Positions 1 through 9,221 of a DNA stretch of 53,428 nucleotides are shown here, piece after piece. Below the pieces are notes generated by a model, which saw only the letters and a list, made by a program, of their open reading frames with translations, did not search any database and was not told the DNA's origin. Positions within the stretch are counted from its first letter, which is position 1, and every line of letters starts with the position of its first letter. Origin of the DNA: an uncultured Gammaproteobacteria bacterium (lineage in GTDB: Bacteria; Pseudomonadota; Gammaproteobacteria; SURF-13); contig CAWUTX010000021.1 in assembly GCA_963925015.1 (NCBI GenBank), forward strand, positions 1 through 53,428. Direction: 5' to 3'. Made by a program: the position numbers and the translations under genes.

Positions 1-1450
1 ATTCCTCGTCATTCAACGCATCATGGGTCTGTTGCTGATGTTGTTCAGCCTTACCATGCTGCCCTGCATCGTGCTTTCCTGGTTCGATCAGGACGGGGGG
101 TTTGCGCCGTTTCTCAAGGCCAGCCTCATTACTCTGGCAACCGGTCTCCTGTTATGGCTGCCGGTGCGCCGTCAGGTCAAGGAGCTGCGCACGCGCGATG
201 CGTTTGTCATCGTAAGCCTGTTCTGGGCGATGCTGGCGCTGTTCGGCGCGCTACCTTTCCAGTTTGTCGGCACCACCACCCACATGGTGGACGCCTATTT
301 CGAAACCATGTCGGGGCTTACCACCTCCGGCTCCACCGTGCTCACCGGTCTCGATCACCTGCCCTTGTCCATGAATCTGTGGCGCGGCATTTTGCAGTTT
401 ATGGGCGGCATGGGCATCGTGGTGCTGGCGGTGGCCATACTCCCGATGCTGGGCGTGGGCGGCATGCAGCTCTATAAAGCCGAGACGCCGGGGCCGATGA
501 AGGAAAGCAAGATCACGCCGCGCATCAAGGAGACCGCCAAGGCGCTGTGGTATATCTACCTGGGGCTCACTGCGGCCTGCGCCATGGCCTTGTGGGCCGC
601 GGGCATGACGCCGTTCGACGCCCTGTTCCATGGCTTCACGGCGCTCTCCACCGGGGGCTTCTCCACTCACGACGCAAGCATTGCCTATTTCAACAGCGCC
701 GCTATTGAAATGATACTCGTGTTGTTCATGTTTCTGGGCGGGGCGAGCTTCACGCTGCATTTTCTGGCGTTCCGCGGCCGCAGCCTGGGCAGTTATTGGC
801 GCGACACCGAGTTTCGTGTTTATTCCGCCATCATCATCACGGCGACCTTGTTTGTCGGACTTTACCTGTACCTCACGGCGACCTACCCCACGCTGCTACT
901 ATCCCTGCGTTACGCGGTGTTTCAAGTGGTTTCCATGGCCACCACCACCGGCTACATGAGCGCGGACTTCGGCGCCTGGCCGCCGGTGCTCGGCGCAATG
1001 CTTATCATGCTGATCTTTTTCGGCGCGTCGGCGGGCTCCACCGGCGGCAGCATGAAGGTGGTGCGCATTGTGCTGCTGTTTAAACAAACTCTGTGCGAGA
1101 TACAACGTTTGATCCATCCGCATGCCATCGTACCCTTAAAGCTCTCCGGCAAGGTGGTGCCGGAGCGCGCCATCGCCGCAGTGTCCGCCTTCTTTGCCAC
1201 TTATCTTGCGAGCTTTGTCATCATCGCCTTGAGCATCTCCGCGATGGGGGTGGACCTCATCACCGCCTTCAGCGCCACGGCGGCGGCCATCAACAACGCC
1301 GGCCCCGGCCTTGGCGCGGTCGGCCCCGCCGCCAACTTCGCTGCACTGCCCGACGCCGCCAAGTGGCTGCTGTCCTTCGCCATGCTCATCGGACGCCTGG
1401 AATTGTTCACCCTGTTCGTGATCTTGACCCCGGCCTTCTGGCGCAAGTAA
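1..1450 (+). CDS. trkH: Trk-system potassium uptake protein TrkH (5' end off window)
   Basis: The 475-aa ORF is collinear with E. coli TrkH from memory (GLTTSGST, GMGIVVLAVAILPMLGVGGMQLYKAE, STHDASI, GSTGGSMKV.RI..LFKQ, GRLE.FT..V..TPAFW). Residues before the first ATG (FLVIQRI) continue the alignment, so the true start lies upstream of the window. Confidence 0.93.
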   Translation, partial: FLVIQRIMGLLLMLFSLTMLPCIVLSWFDQDGGFAPFLKASLITLATGLLLWLPVRRQVKELRTRDAFVIVSLFWAMLALFGALPFQFVGTTTHMVDAYFETMSGLTTSGSTVLTGLDHLPLSMNLWRGILQFMGGMGIVVLAVAILPMLGVGGMQLYKAETPGPMKESKITPRIKETAKALWYIYLGLTAACAMALWAAGMTPFDALFHGFTALSTGGFSTHDASIAYFNSAAIEMILVLFMFLGGASFTLHFLAFRGRSLGSYWRDTEFRVYSAIIITATLFVGLYLYLTATYPTLLLSLRYAVFQVVSMATTTGYMSADFGAWPPVLGAMLIMLIFFGASAGSTGGSMKVVRIVLLFKQTLCEIQRLIHPHAIVPLKLSGKVVPERAIAAVSAFFATYLASFVIIALSISAMGVDLITAFSATAAAINNAGPGLGAVGPAANFAALPDAAKWLLSFAMLIGRLELFTLFVILTPAFWRK

Positions 1451-1456
1451 ATCTTT

Positions 1457-1789
1457 GTGAACATGACCGGAAACCTTGAGACACTGCTCGCACAGAGTTT
1501 GGCCAAGGGCGAGGACTCGGCATTGCTGCGTTACAGTCTGGGCAATGCGTATTCCAAACAAGGTGATTACGCCAAGGCGTGCGAGCATTTTGCGCGCGCA
1601 GTAGAGCTGGATGCGCGTTATTCCGCAGCGTGGAAAGGCTACGCGCAGGCGCTCGCCGCCGCCGGGCGCAGCGAAGACGCCTTGCGCGCCTACGAAACGG
1701 GTATCCGCGTCGCGGAAGACAAGGGCGACCTGCAAGCCGCAAAAGAGATGAAAGTATTTTTGAAGCGGCTGCAAAAAACAGCACAGTGA
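1457..1789 (+). CDS. small tetratricopeptide-repeat protein
   Basis: The 110-aa ORF starts 7 nt after trkH. It has two or three TPR-like helix pairs (LGNAYSKQGDYAKACEHFARAVELD; AWKGYAQALAAAGRSEDALRAYETGI). Confidence 0.65.
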   Translation: MNMTGNLETLLAQSLAKGEDSALLRYSLGNAYSKQGDYAKACEHFARAVELDARYSAAWKGYAQALAAAGRSEDALRAYETGIRVAEDKGDLQAAKEMKVFLKRLQKTAQ

Positions 1790-1800
1790 AACGCTGACAG

Positions 1801-2052
1801 CTAGGCTTCCAACTCATCCTCGCTGTCCGGCAGACTCGCAGAATAATCCGTACTCAGCACGGTGCGCGCACGGGCGACAAACTCCCTCTCCACCTGCACC
1901 TTGATGCCACCCACCGCGAGACTGTAAAACCAGTCCGCCTGCACCAGATTCTCGTCGGCGATAAAGCAAGGAATACCCTCAGCCTCAAGCCGCCCCTTGG
2001 CGATGTAGGCCAGCGGCATATTATCGAACTGAGCGACAGTCACGAAATTCAT
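1801..2052 (-). CDS. DUF2007-like small protein (putative signal-transducing fold)
   Basis: The 83-aa ORF has an N-terminal pattern (A...L...GIP....DEN) typical of DUF2007 as recalled. It is convergent with the TPR gene. Confidence 0.55.
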   Translation of the reverse strand: MNFVTVAQFDNMPLAYIAKGRLEAEGIPCFIADENLVQADWFYSLAVGGIKVQVEREFVARARTVLSTDYSASLPDSEDELEA

Positions 2053-2183
2053 GCGATGTGCGAGCCTTGGTTGCGTCTCTTCGCCAGTTTACACCCTTGA
2101 CGCATGTTCTATTACTTATCATAGTGGTGCAAAACAAGGTATGTTTTAGGGCGGCTATTTCTAGTTGGACATCAAGGTGAACT

Positions 2184-2270
2184 ATGGCGCTACTTGCTGA
2201 GGAAATCGTTGAAGAGTGGTTAAACCGACAGGGCTACTTCGCTTATTGCGCCGGACGTTTCGGTGTGTAG
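2184..2270 (+). pseudogene. 28-codon remnant of a small hypothetical protein (MALLAEEIVEEWLNRQGYF...) cut off by a REP-like palindrome
   Basis: ATG at 2184 in a low-GC patch. From memory the N-terminus resembles a widespread family of small PD-(D/E)XK-like hypothetical proteins. The frame runs into the palindromic repeat at 2276-2306 and stops at 2268. Confidence 0.3.
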
Positions 2271-2275
2271 CCATT

Positions 2276-2306
2276 CGGCGGGTTACGCTGCGCTAACCCA
2301 CCCTAC
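2276..2306. repeat. REP-like palindromic unit (minus-strand reading GTAGGGTGGGTTAGCGCAGCGTAACCCGCCG)
   Basis: GGGTTA/TAACCC stem around a GC loop, starting with GTAG on the minus strand as classical REPs do. There is only one copy in this window. Confidence 0.4.
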
Positions 2307-2316
2307 GTAAATATTT

Positions 2317-3057
2317 TTACTGCGGCGCTACCATCATCAATGGCTTGAGCGTGGTGAGCAGGCTTTTGAACAGGCCTTTGTTGGTGCCCTCTTCCCCGGC
2401 GAGTAATTCTTTCAGGTGTTGGCGCTGCATCGGCATGCTGAAGCAGGCGGGGCAGTTGTCGCGGATTACGGGGAGTTGGGCGGCGGTGGCGAAATCCCTG
2501 AGCTGGCGTTCGCGCGCGTACACCAGCGGGCGGATTACGCGCACGTCGCCTGCGTCATTCAGATAGTGCGCCTGCATAGTGCGCAGCTTGCCGCCGTGAA
2601 AGGCGGACATGAGAAAGGTCTCGGCGAGATCGTCGAGATGCTGCGCCAGCGCGAGCACGTTGTAGCCCTCCTTGCGCGCGGTGGCGTAGAGCACGCCGCG
2701 CTTCATGCGCGAGCAGTAGGCGCAGAACGAATTGTTGTCCATGTTCTGTTTGGCCTGCTCCATGATCGCCTGGCTGCGGTAAAAATACGGCACGCCGAGA
2801 TCACTCATCACCTGCTTGAGTGGCGACGGGTCGAAGCCTTCGACCTGCGGGTCCACGGTTACGGCGCCGAGTTCGAAGCGCACCGGCGCACTCTTCTGCA
2901 AGTGCAGGAGAATATGCAGCAGCGACAGCGAGTCCTTGCCGCCGGAGACGCCGAGCAGCACACGGTCGCCCTCGCGGATCATGTCGAAGTCGGCAATCGC
3001 TTTGCCTGCGTGGCGCAGTAACGGTTTGGGTGGTTTTTTTAGCACTGAGGAGTTCAT
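2317..3057 (-). CDS. ttcA: PP-loop ATPase, tRNA 2-thiocytidine synthetase TtcA family
   Basis: SGGKDS PP-loop, GKAIADF.MI.EGDR N-terminus, CAYCSR.KRG and CP.C cysteine motifs. Collinear with E. coli TtcA from memory, though shorter (246 aa). Confidence 0.8.
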   Translation of the reverse strand: MNSSVLKKPPKPLLRHAGKAIADFDMIREGDRVLLGVSGGKDSLSLLHILLHLQKSAPVRFELGAVTVDPQVEGFDPSPLKQVMSDLGVPYFYRSQAIMEQAKQNMDNNSFCAYCSRMKRGVLYATARKEGYNVLALAQHLDDLAETFLMSAFHGGKLRTMQAHYLNDAGDVRVIRPLVYARERQLRDFATAAQLPVIRDNCPACFSMPMQRQHLKELLAGEEGTNKGLFKSLLTTLKPLMMVAPQ

Positions 3058-3078
3058 TAGTAAGGCGACATCTCCGTT

Positions 3079-3128
3079 ACGTCCCCGCCCCCTGTTGAGG
3101 GGGTGGGACAGGGTGGGGGTAGAGTAAA
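3079..3128 (-). repeat. G-rich REP-like repeat, copy 1 (reverse complement of the 31362-31439 copy)
   Basis: ACGTCCCCGCCCCCTGTTGAGGGGG...GGGGGTAGAGTAAA is the reverse complement of TTTACTCTACCCCC...CCCCCTCAACAGGGGGCGGGGACGT at 31362-31439. Confidence 0.85.
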
Positions 3129-3139
3129 GACAAGGTTTT

Positions 3140-3190
3140 CACTAAGAAGAAAAAATAAGCGATGCCCGCTTACTTTGTTTCTTCTTAGTG
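3140..3190. repeat. long low-GC hairpin (about 24 paired positions) adjacent to the G-rich REP
   Basis: CACTAAGAAGAAA (3140-3152) pairs with TTTCTTCTTAGTG (3178-3190). The inner stem is TAAGCG/CGCTTA. It is homologous to the hairpin at 31297-31353. Confidence 0.8.
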
Positions 3191-3242
3191 TGTGCATCAT
3201 GCTATTTTACGCACTTCAGGTCGCCGCCGAAACAGGCGCTTT

Positions 3243-3436
3243 AGGGCACCTCTAAAAATGATGGATTTTGCTTCAAGACAAGGCGCAGCGCAGGCGAGCA
3301 GCGGTCGCTCCTGCGCGTCCTGCGGCCGCGACATTCGTACGTCCCTGTACAGCACAGCATACACGTTAGTATGTGAGCAGCGGAGACAAGCTGTAACGCC
3401 GTATTGGAGCAAAAGACGCATTTTTAGAGGTGCCCT
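3243..3436. mobile_element. 194-bp MITE-like element with perfect 18-bp terminal inverted repeats
   Basis: AGGGCACCTCTAAAAATG at 3243-3260 and its exact reverse complement CATTTTTAGAGGTGCCCT at 3419-3436. There is no credible ORF inside. The interior holds a diverged copy of the 55-bp module (3303-3358). Confidence 0.7.
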
Positions 3437-3488
3437 TGATTTTATAGTCTGCACGGGGTATGACTGTAGCCCAGTTTCAGCGCAGTAA

Positions 3489-4439
3489 ATGGAGGCAACG
3501 GTGGATATCGTGTTTACGTTTTCAATGATTCTGGTGGTGGTGGCGGTGCTGCTGGTCTGGCACGGCGTACAGTCCGTGCCGCAGGGCATGGAATACACGG
3601 TGGAGCGTTTCGGCGCCTATCAGCGCACGCTGGCGCCCGGCCTCAGTTTTCTCTGGCCCATCGTGGAGCGCGTCGGGCGCCGCATGAACATGATGGAGAC
3701 GGTGCTTGAGGTGCCGTCGCAGGAAATCATCACCAAGGACAACGCCATGGTGAAGGTGGACGGCATTGTGTTTTATCAGGTGCTCGATGCGCCCAAGGCC
3801 GCGTACGAGGTGAACCAGCTCGAATACGCGGTGTTAAATCTCACCATGACCAACGTCCGCACCGTGATGGGCTCGATGGATCTGGACGAACTGCTGTCGC
3901 AGCGCGATGCCATCAATGCGCGCCTGTTGCACGTGGTGGACGACGCCACTACGCCGTGGGGCATCAAGGTGACGCGTATCGAAATCAAGGACATCACGCC
4001 GCCGCGCGATCTGGTGGAGGCGATGGGGCGGCAGATGAAGGCCGAGCGTGAAAAGCGCGCCAATATTCTGGAGGCGGAGGGCTTCCGCCAGTCGGCCATT
4101 CTCAAGGCCGAGGGTGAAAAACAGGCGGCGATTCTGGAGGCCGAAGGCCGTAAAGAGGCTGCGTTCCGTGACGCCGAGGCGCGCGAGCGCCTGGCGCAGG
4201 CGGAGGCCAAGGCCACCACGATGGTCTCCGAGGCGATCGCCCAGGGCAGCATTCAGGCTATCAACTATTTCGTCGCGCAAAAATACGTCGACGCGCTGCG
4301 CGCGATCGCGGTGTCCAACAATCAAAAAATTCTGTTCCTGCCGCTCGAAGCCTCAAGCGTCATCGGCGCCATCGGCGGTATTGCGGAGATCGCCAAGCAG
4401 GCATTCAGCGATAAAGGCGCGCAGGCGGGGAGCAAATAA
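3489..4439 (+). CDS. qmcA: SPFH/band-7 (stomatin/paraslipin-like) protein QmcA
   Basis: Collinear with E. coli QmcA from memory (VPQG.EYTVERFG, PSQE.ITKDNA, LTMTN.RTV.GSM.LDE.LSQRD.IN, TPWGIKVTRIEIKDI.PP, VNYFVAQKY). Confidence 0.92.
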   Translation: MEATVDIVFTFSMILVVVAVLLVWHGVQSVPQGMEYTVERFGAYQRTLAPGLSFLWPIVERVGRRMNMMETVLEVPSQEIITKDNAMVKVDGIVFYQVLDAPKAAYEVNQLEYAVLNLTMTNVRTVMGSMDLDELLSQRDAINARLLHVVDDATTPWGIKVTRIEIKDITPPRDLVEAMGRQMKAEREKRANILEAEGFRQSAILKAEGEKQAAILEAEGRKEAAFRDAEARERLAQAEAKATTMVSEAIAQGSIQAINYFVAQKYVDALRAIAVSNNQKILFLPLEASSVIGAIGGIAEIAKQAFSDKGAQAGSK

Positions 4440-4883
4440 ATGTCACCCTTCGATCATATTGTCTATTGGCACTGGTGGGTCATTACGGGCGTGCTGCTGA
4501 TACTGGAGCTCACCACGCCGAGCTTCTTTTTTCTCTGGCTGAGCGCGGCGGCAGGCGTGACCGGGTTGGTGGTGTTTTTTGTGCCGCTTGATCTGATTTA
4601 CCAGTTGGTGCTGTTTGCCGTGTTGTCCGCGCTTGCCATCAGCGTCTGGCGTTTTTATTTCAAGGTCAGCCCCGCTGCGAGCGACCAGCCCAATCTCAAC
4701 CGGCGTGGCGCACAATACACCGGACGTGTGTTCACCCTGCAAGAGCCGATCATCAACGGCCAGGGCAAAATCCGCGTGGACGACTCCACCTGGAAGGTCG
4801 AAAGCAGCGACTGTCCGGCCGGTACGCGGGTCAAGGTCACCGGCGTCGACGGCGTGATTCTGCGCGTGGAGATCGTGGCCTAA
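4440..4883 (+). CDS. ybbJ: NfeD-family membrane protein (YbbJ-like)
   Basis: Starts 1 nt after the qmcA stop. It has N-terminal TM helices and a C-terminal OB-like domain (GKIRVDDSTWKV....AGTRVKV.GVDG..L.V). SPFH-NfeD is the canonical pairing. Confidence 0.85.
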   Translation: MSPFDHIVYWHWWVITGVLLILELTTPSFFFLWLSAAAGVTGLVVFFVPLDLIYQLVLFAVLSALAISVWRFYFKVSPAASDQPNLNRRGAQYTGRVFTLQEPIINGQGKIRVDDSTWKVESSDCPAGTRVKVTGVDGVILRVEIVA

Positions 4884-4924
4884 TGGAATATCTGAATAAG
4901 TCCATCCTGGACTTCTCAGAGCAC

Positions 4925-4954
4925 GAAAAAGCAAAAACGTGGCTTTTGCTTTTC
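4925..4954 (+). terminator. candidate intrinsic terminator of qmcA-ybbJ
   Basis: GAAAAAGCAAAA / TTTTGCTTTTC stem with a 7-nt loop, followed by a T-rich CTTCATTTTT tail, 42 nt after the ybbJ stop. Confidence 0.5.
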
Positions 4955-4956
4955 TT

Positions 4957-5034
4957 CATTTTTCAAACACTTCCGTGTTTGAAAAATGGCGGTGCATCCC
5001 TACACCGCAGTAACCTCTGACTTAATCAGAGGTT
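4957..5034. repeat. array of three further perfect hairpins
   Basis: A 14-bp stem at 4957-4970/4975-4988 (CATTTTTCAAACAC/GTGTTTGAAAAATG), a 6-bp stem at 4989-4994/5003-5008, and a 9-bp stem at 5012-5020/5026-5034 (AACCTCTGA/TCAGAGGTT). Confidence 0.75.
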
Positions 5035-5046
5035 CCTAATAGTCAC

Positions 5047-5835
5047 GTGACACTTCCACGCATCTATGTCCCCCTTCCGCTACGCAGCGGAGAAACCGTC
5101 ACCCTTGATAAACAGGCCGAGCAGCACTTGGTACGCGTGCTGCGGCTTGCGCCGGGTGATGCACTCACCGTGTTTAATGGTCAGCCATTTAATGACCGCT
5201 ACGGTGAGTATCAGGCCACCTTGCTGGGCTCAAACGGCGCGGTGAGGGTCGGTGATTTCATCGCGCGCGACACCGAGTCTCCGCTCCACATCACGCTCGC
5301 ACAGGCCATATCGCGCGGCGAGCGCATGGACTACGCGGTGCAGAAAGCGGCTGAACTGGGCGTGACGCAGATCGTGCCGCTGGTCACCGAATTCTGTGTG
5401 GTCAAGATGGTCGCTCCCGGCATCCTGCCTCCCGCGACACTAGCACGTCCCTGTGCGTCACAGGACAAGCGCAAAGGCAAGCGCGTCGCCCATTGGCAAG
5501 GCATTGCGACTTCCGCCTGCGAGCAATCGGGCCGTGTGCGTGTGCCCGGCGTGAGCGCGCCACAGACCTTCGGTGAGTGGCTGCTCACGGTAAATGCCAG
5601 CGTCAAACTTGTGCTTGATCCGCTGGCGCAGACCACGCTGCGGCAATTACCAGCGCCTCAAGGCGACATCGTGTTGCTGGCCGGTCCCGAAGGTGGCCTG
5701 AGCGATGCGGAGGTCGCGCTGGCTACACGTGCAGGCTTCACGCCCGTGCGCCTGGGGCCGCGCATCCTGCGCACCGAAACCGTTCCCGCCGCCGCGCTGG
5801 CCGCGATGCAAATCTTGTGGGGCGATTGGATGTGA
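5047..5835 (+). CDS. rsmE: 16S rRNA (uracil1498-N3)-methyltransferase RsmE, carrying an in-frame repeat-derived insertion
   Basis: GTG start. Collinear with E. coli RsmE from memory (PRIY, ...RVLR..PGD, ESPL...L.QA.SRGERMD...QK..ELGV..I.PL, ACEQSGR.RVP, GPEGGLS..E, LGPRILRTET). It is 262 aa versus 243 because of an extra ~18 aa at 5409-5464. Confidence 0.9.
   Translation: MTLPRIYVPLPLRSGETVTLDKQAEQHLVRVLRLAPGDALTVFNGQPFNDRYGEYQATLLGSNGAVRVGDFIARDTESPLHITLAQAISRGERMDYAVQKAAELGVTQIVPLVTEFCVVKMVAPGILPPATLARPCASQDKRKGKRVAHWQGIATSACEQSGRVRVPGVSAPQTFGEWLLTVNASVKLVLDPLAQTTLRQLPAPQGDIVLLAGPEGGLSDAEVALATRAGFTPVRLGPRILRTETVPAAALAAMQILWGDWM
5409..5464 (+). repeat. 55-bp dispersed module, copy B (inside the rsmE coding sequence)
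   Basis: GGTCGCTCCCGGCATCCTGCCTCCCGCGACACTAGCACGTCCCTGTGCGTCACAGG. By hand alignment it is about 90% identical to 5876-5932 and about 75% identical to 3303-3358. Confidence 0.85.
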
Positions 5836-5842
5836 AAACCCT

Positions 5843-7503
<1,661 letters not shown>

Positions 7504-7512
7504 GCAGCCCAT

Positions 7513-8055
7513 ATGTCCGAGCCCACTGAAATTGCAACATTAGGCGGCGGCTGTTTCTGGTGCCTGGAGCCCATTTTTGCCGACCTGAAGGGTGTGCAAA
7601 AGGTAGAGTCCGGTTACTCCGGCGGCGCAGTGAAAAATCCCGCCTACCGCGAAGTGTGTGAGGGCACTACCGGCCATGCGGAAGTGGTGCAGGTCACGTT
7701 TGATGCAAGTGTCATTACTTATAAAGAGATTCTGGAAATCTTTTTCACTATCCACGATCCGACTACGCCCAACAGGCAGGGCGCCGATAGTGGCACGCAA
7801 TACCGTTCCGTGATTTATTATCACACGCCGGAGCAACAAGCCGTTGCCGAAGAGGTGATGAGGGAAATTAATGCGGCGGGTATTTGGGGCGCGCCTTTGG
7901 TCACAGAAGTAGCGCCCTTCAGCGTTTTTTACCGCGCCGAGGACTACCATCAGGACTACTACGCAAGAAACGGCAATCAGTCGTATTGCCAGATAATAAT
8001 TGCCCCCAAGGTTAAAAAATTTCGCGCGCTCTACAGCGCAAAGCTCAAGGGCTAG
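7513..8055 (+). CDS. msrA: peptide-methionine (S)-S-oxide reductase
   Basis: GGGCFWC active-site motif, GY.GG....P.Y..VC.G.TGHAEVV.V.FD, F..HDPTT.NRQG.D.G.QYRS.I. Confidence 0.93.
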   Translation: MSEPTEIATLGGGCFWCLEPIFADLKGVQKVESGYSGGAVKNPAYREVCEGTTGHAEVVQVTFDASVITYKEILEIFFTIHDPTTPNRQGADSGTQYRSVIYYHTPEQQAVAEEVMREINAAGIWGAPLVTEVAPFSVFYRAEDYHQDYYARNGNQSYCQIIIAPKVKKFRALYSAKLKG

Positions 8056-8423
8056 TCCATCAGCAACTTCTTCACATTCTCCGCCGGACGGCACAACACC
8101 GCCTCATCGCCGCGCACGACAATCGGCCGTTGAATCAGGTCGGGATTTTCCACCATTATTTTTATTAACTCAGCCTCGGAGAGTTGCTGTTCCGCAAGCC
8201 CGAGGCTGTGCGCCAATGGCTCACCACTGCGCAGTATGTCGCGCGCCGTGAGGCCCAGCTTCACAAGCAATCTACCCAACTGATCTTCCGTCAAAGGCAC
8301 TTCGTAGTAATTAATAGCCTCAAACTCTTCCCCGCTCTCCTTGAGCAGTTCGAGTGTCGATTTGCAGGTGCCGCAGGTGGGCTTCTGGTAAACGGTTATT
8401 TTGTTGCTCATTTTGTTGATCAT
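8052..8423 (-). CDS. ArsC/Spx/YffB-family thioredoxin-fold protein
   Basis: The 123-aa ORF has ITVYQKPTCGTCK near the N-terminus and LIQRPIVV near the C-terminus, typical of the ArsC family. Its stop overlaps the msrA stop (CTAG). The start could be the second ATG at 8411. Confidence 0.7.
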   Translation of the reverse strand: MINKMSNKITVYQKPTCGTCKSTLELLKESGEEFEAINYYEVPLTEDQLGRLLVKLGLTARDILRSGEPLAHSLGLAEQQLSEAELIKIMVENPDLIQRPIVVRGDEAVLCRPAENVKKLLMD

Positions 8424-8430
8424 CTCGTGG

Positions 8431-8457
8431 AATCAATCGAGTCTGACCCTATTGATT
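8431..8457 (+). repeat. REP (RAYT-associated family), copy 1
   Basis: AATCAATCGAGTCTGACCCTATTGATT has a 7-bp AATCAAT/ATTGATT stem. The same unit flanks the RAYT gene at 38390 and 39164. Confidence 0.8.
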
Positions 8458-8525
8458 ATTCTAAATGGGGCGATTATTTGTGCCGCCTTCGATGCTTTGA
8501 AATCTACGCCCCTATAGTTCCACAG

Positions 8526-9221
8526 TCAAACCAGCGCTGGGTGTTCTGCGCCTACAATACTGCCATCCACCAGATGTATCTGGCGCTGGGTGTGTTCGGA
8601 GAGGTGGGGGTCGTGGGTGACGGTAATTACGGTCTGACGGTTGTCTGCTACCAGTCGCCTGAAAATCTCGAATACGATGTGGCTGTTTTTGGTGTCGAGG
8701 TTGCCGGTGGGTTCGTCGGCGAGGATGATGAGCGGATCGTTAGCGAGTGCGCGCGCGATGGCGACGCGCTGGCGTTGGCCGCCGGAGAGTTGGTCGGGTG
8801 TTTTCCTGGCTTCAGGGGTGAGTCCCAGTTCGTCGAGTATCTCTGCGGCGCGGGAGCGCATCTGGCTCACGCTACGTAGCCTAAGCTTGCGCATTGGGAG
8901 CATGACGTTTTCGAGCACGGAAAACTCCGGTAGCAGAAAGTGAAACTGAAATACGAAGCCGAGTTTTTTCAGGCGCAGTTCGGCAAGTTCGTTGCGGCTG
9001 AGTTTGGAGGTGTCGCGTCCTTCGAGGTAGACGGAGCCGCCGGTCGGCACGTCGAGCAGGCCGAGCAGGTAGAGCAGGGACGATTTGCCGGAGCCGGAGG
9101 GGCCGGTGATGGCGATGAATTCGCCGGGCTGTACGCTGAAATGGATGTCGCGCACCAGGGTCACCGGCACCGGGCCGGGCAACACGCGCATGACGCCGCG
9201 CGCCTCCAGCAGCGGCGTCAT
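8526..9221 (-). CDS. ABC transporter ATP-binding protein (LolD/MacB-type)
   Basis: Walker [10 protein letters not shown], signature [15 protein letters not shown], Walker [14 protein letters not shown]-loop TVTHD. The start is set at MTPLLEARG (ATGA overlap with the permease stop). The track's 20-aa N-extension was rejected. Confidence 0.9.
   Translation of the reverse strand: MTPLLEARGVMRVLPGPVPVTLVRDIHFSVQPGEFIAITGPSGSGKSSLLYLLGLLDVPTGGSVYLEGRDTSKLSRNELAELRLKKLGFVFQFHFLLPEFSVLENVMLPMRKLRLRSVSQMRSRAAEILDELGLTPEARKTPDQLSGGQRQRVAIARALANDPLIILADEPTGNLDTKNSHIVFEIFRRLVADNRQTVITVTHDPHLSEHTQRQIHLVDGSIVGAEHPALV

Noticed and set aside
2127-2306. Idea that the shared leader plus the REP-like palindrome represent integron cassette boundaries (attC).
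   Set aside because: There are no convincing RYYYAAC/GTTRRRY core sites and no integrase in the window. It is kept only as an unexplained shared motif.
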